The notes below the pieces were generated by a model, which saw only the letters and a program-made list of their open reading frames with translations, ran no database searches and was not told the DNA's origin. Positions 61,892-64,000 of a stretch of DNA of 64,000 nucleotides are shown here, in pieces (the first letter of the stretch is position 1; every line of letters starts with the position of its first letter). Origin of the DNA: a bacterium (GTDB taxonomy: Bacteria; UBA8248); assembly GCA_965207065.1 (NCBI GenBank), contig OZ242260.1, positions 992,001-1,056,000 of the forward strand, in the 5' to 3' direction. The translations under genes were made by a program, and so were the position numbers.

Positions 61892-62989
61892 ATGGTTCGA
61901 CATGTAATTCGGTTAGCGTCGCTGGGCTTGTTGCTCGTCTGCGCTACGGTGGTGGATGCGGGCGACCGGAGGGCGGCTTCCGGCCCGTTGGTGCGTCCCG
62001 ACGCCCTGCACCGCGCGGTGTTGGCGGGTGACGTGGATGGCCTCAAGACGGCGCTCAAGGCAGGCGCGGACGTGAATGCGCGTGACGCTCGTGACTGGAC
62101 GGCGCTGATGCACGCGGCGAACAAAGGCTACGCGGCGATGGTCGGGCTGCTGCTCGAAGCCAAGGCGTACCTAGACGCCCGAGCTCCGGACGGCGCGACG
62201 GCGCTGTTCATCGCCGCGTTGCGCGGACGCTCCGAGGTTGTTGTGCAACTCATGAGGAAAGGAGCGGATGCCTCCATACCAGGACCGCTGGGCAAGTTGC
62301 CCTTGGAGGTGGCGCGGGATTTGCAGCACGTGAACATCACTGCGCATCCGGAGATCGCTGAACTGCAGCAAGCAGGAGCCCGAAAGAAGCAGGAACGCAA
62401 AATGCGAGATGAAGCAAGGCGGCGAGAGCGAGAAGAATCCGGTGCTTTCGGGCAGGCGCAGGCATCGAATACTCCATCTGCGTACAAGGCATTTCTGACC
62501 TCCTGGTGTCCCGGCGGCAAGCTCTGCGCGAGGGCGCGTTCACTGCTCGATGAAACCATAAAGAAGGCGCTCGTCGGCAATACTTTCACCGGAGTCGACT
62601 CAGATGGTGATGAAGCTAGGCTCGAATTCCATCCGTCTGGTAAGTTCTCTAGCTCCTTCTCGGATAGTCCTTTTCATAAAATAACATTAAATGATTGGCA
62701 CGTAGAAGGAGAGAAAATAATTTTGAGATTTAATGAAGAGGATATGTTATTTGGTAGGAGCCACTCCTACTACGCCTTTAGTGGCACTGGAAAAATACAT
62801 GGTGATGTTCTTGAAATTCGGGGAGTAACAGACTATTTTTTTAACGGTTTCCCATTCCCCGACTTGCGTGAGAAAAAGCACATCGTGATACGTCTACGCA
62901 AGGATGTCTCGGTAGAGAAGATTGACAAGGAAGTAACACCGTCGTCCGACAAGGAAGGTCCCGACAAAACTGAAAATGAAGGAAATTGA
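61892..62989 (+). CDS. Exported ankyrin-repeat protein with AT-rich C-terminal domain
   Basis: GGAGG RBS, signal peptide, ALHRAV, TALMHAA and TALFIAA ankyrin repeats. Confidence 0.88.
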   Translation: MVRHVIRLASLGLLLVCATVVDAGDRRAASGPLVRPDALHRAVLAGDVDGLKTALKAGADVNARDARDWTALMHAANKGYAAMVGLLLEAKAYLDARAPDGATALFIAALRGRSEVVVQLMRKGADASIPGPLGKLPLEVARDLQHVNITAHPEIAELQQAGARKKQERKMRDEARRREREESGAFGQAQASNTPSAYKAFLTSWCPGGKLCARARSLLDETIKKALVGNTFTGVDSDGDEARLEFHPSGKFSSSFSDSPFHKITLNDWHVEGEKIILRFNEEDMLFGRSHSYYAFSGTGKIHGDVLEIRGVTDYFFNGFPFPDLREKKHIVIRLRKDVSVEKIDKEVTPSSDKEGPDKTENEGN

Positions 62990-63074
62990 GCCTGTACTGC
63001 TCATAGAGTGGCAGCACTGTGAATGGCAGAAAGCACGAGGTCGGCCATGACTCTGGGAATCATGATAAGAGGAC

Positions 63075-63253
63075 ATTAGAAAAGTAAAGATTTCGGTAAT
63101 GTCGGCGCTTATGCCCTCCGTGGTGGCGGCGTTTGCCTTGATTCTCATCTGTGTTACGGTGACATATGCGGATTACGCTGCGGGCAAAAGCAGGTGAGAC
63201 GCAGGTAAGTCCGCCGAAGTGCCAGAGAGTGGCGCGCGGCCGCGAATGCAGGC
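63075..63253 (+). pseudogene. Remnant of a Sel1-repeat-type exported protein N-terminus
   Basis: Signal-like segment, then ADYAAGKSR*DAGK (TGA at 63195), then frameshifted EWRAAANAG. Confidence 0.55.
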
Positions 63254-63540
63254 GCTCACCTTACGCCTATCGTGGCCTTTTTCCCGCAAAAATCCATGTC
63301 GAGAAACAGGTTTTCCTTTTTGCCTACCAGGTTAACGTAGTCCACAACATCCGTCTGATGATGGTTCTACCCCGTGTCGTGAATTTGCGCCTGACTTCCC
63401 ATTTTTTTAAACGCAACGCATTCGCTTATGAAATTTCCTGTATGTTGGTGTGATTCCGAAGGAGAACGATTTTGATTGCGAATTATCAGTAGATATACTA
63501 TAAAATCAAATATAAAATAGTATAGGTATGGGTTCAAAAG

Positions 63541-64000
63541 ATGAAAGACTTAAACACTTTCTTACCCATGAACCGATGCAATCGAATAAAACAATTAGAC
63601 CCTTCACGGCTATCGAGCGTCTGGACTATTCCTAATTTTCGCGCATCCCAGGACTTTTCACATAAAATAATCGCGCTCTCCAAAAGAAGAGTGGGTGTTC
63701 GTCGCCTGCTATTGCCCATTATACTGAGCGTGCTGTTAACTGCAGTATTCTTATTGTATGCGCATATTACGCTTGCGGCGGCGGTAATGCCTGGTCCACG
63801 ACTTTTCGCCGCACATGCATTGGCTTTGCGCTCGGCTGGCGTGAGTGGCAGCGAACCTGCTGTGAGGCTTCTAAGCGCAATGCTTGGGGCGGATGTTGTC
63901 GGTTCAAAAGAAACATTTTCAGCTTTATGGGGACCGTTCTTTGGGAACACGGTTGTCAAACTTGGCCGTCTGCTTTCGCCCGCGCCCGTTGCCCTTTACT
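63541..64000 (+). CDS. Hypothetical exported/membrane protein, runs off the window end
   Basis: Frame open from ATG 63541 to the end; RRLLLPIILSVLLTAVFLLYAHITLAA signal-like segment; true start uncertain. Confidence 0.5.
   Translation, partial: MKDLNTFLPMNRCNRIKQLDPSRLSSVWTIPNFRASQDFSHKIIALSKRRVGVRRLLLPIILSVLLTAVFLLYAHITLAAAVMPGPRLFAAHALALRSAGVSGSEPAVRLLSAMLGADVVGSKETFSALWGPFFGNTVVKLGRLLSPAPVALY

Noticed and set aside
63195-63197. TGA recoding (Sec or Trp) in the Sel1-like relic
   Set aside because: TGA is a normal stop in many genes here, and a frameshift follows, so decay is the simpler explanation
63534-63959. 141-aa minus-strand ORF
   Set aside because: No motifs; the plus-strand open frame with a signal-like segment is the better candidate

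Overview
Bacterial, diderm (complete tolQRAB-pal-cpoB), GC-rich and gene-dense window with about 60 CDS. I found no rRNA, tRNA or CRISPR array. Contents: typA (5'-truncated), glyA, a tungsten aldehyde oxidoreductase operon (FeS, FAD, W-subunit, MoaD-like), tandem CNNM/CorC transporters, galU, ligA, tol-pal, a probable peptidoglycan-recycling region (M20, slt, anmK, M20 facing TPR, D-aminoacylase, nagA, hypothetical), bioD, a DUF4258/MqsA-type toxin-antitoxin pair, fba-fbp, a peptide ABC system, and ankyrin/Sel1-type exported proteins at the 3' end. The most unusual structure is non-coding. At 54.6-55.3 kb a stand-alone GIY-YIG nuclease is bracketed by inverted CGTC-type palindromes, one of which supplies its stop codon, and is followed by an 'empty' duplicate of its upstream flank. 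Related repeat modules recur at 56.5, 59.2-59.6 and 61.6 kb as nested mosaics of several palindrome families. Other leads: a small ORF coupled to an amidase, a His-less pseudo-histidine kinase, a signal-less orphan DctP, an orphan antitoxin with a consensus promoter and operator, and an ankyrin gene with an AT-rich C-terminal module. All product calls come from motif recognition by eye; no database searches were run. Many starts were moved from the ORF track to a downstream start codon with an RBS.
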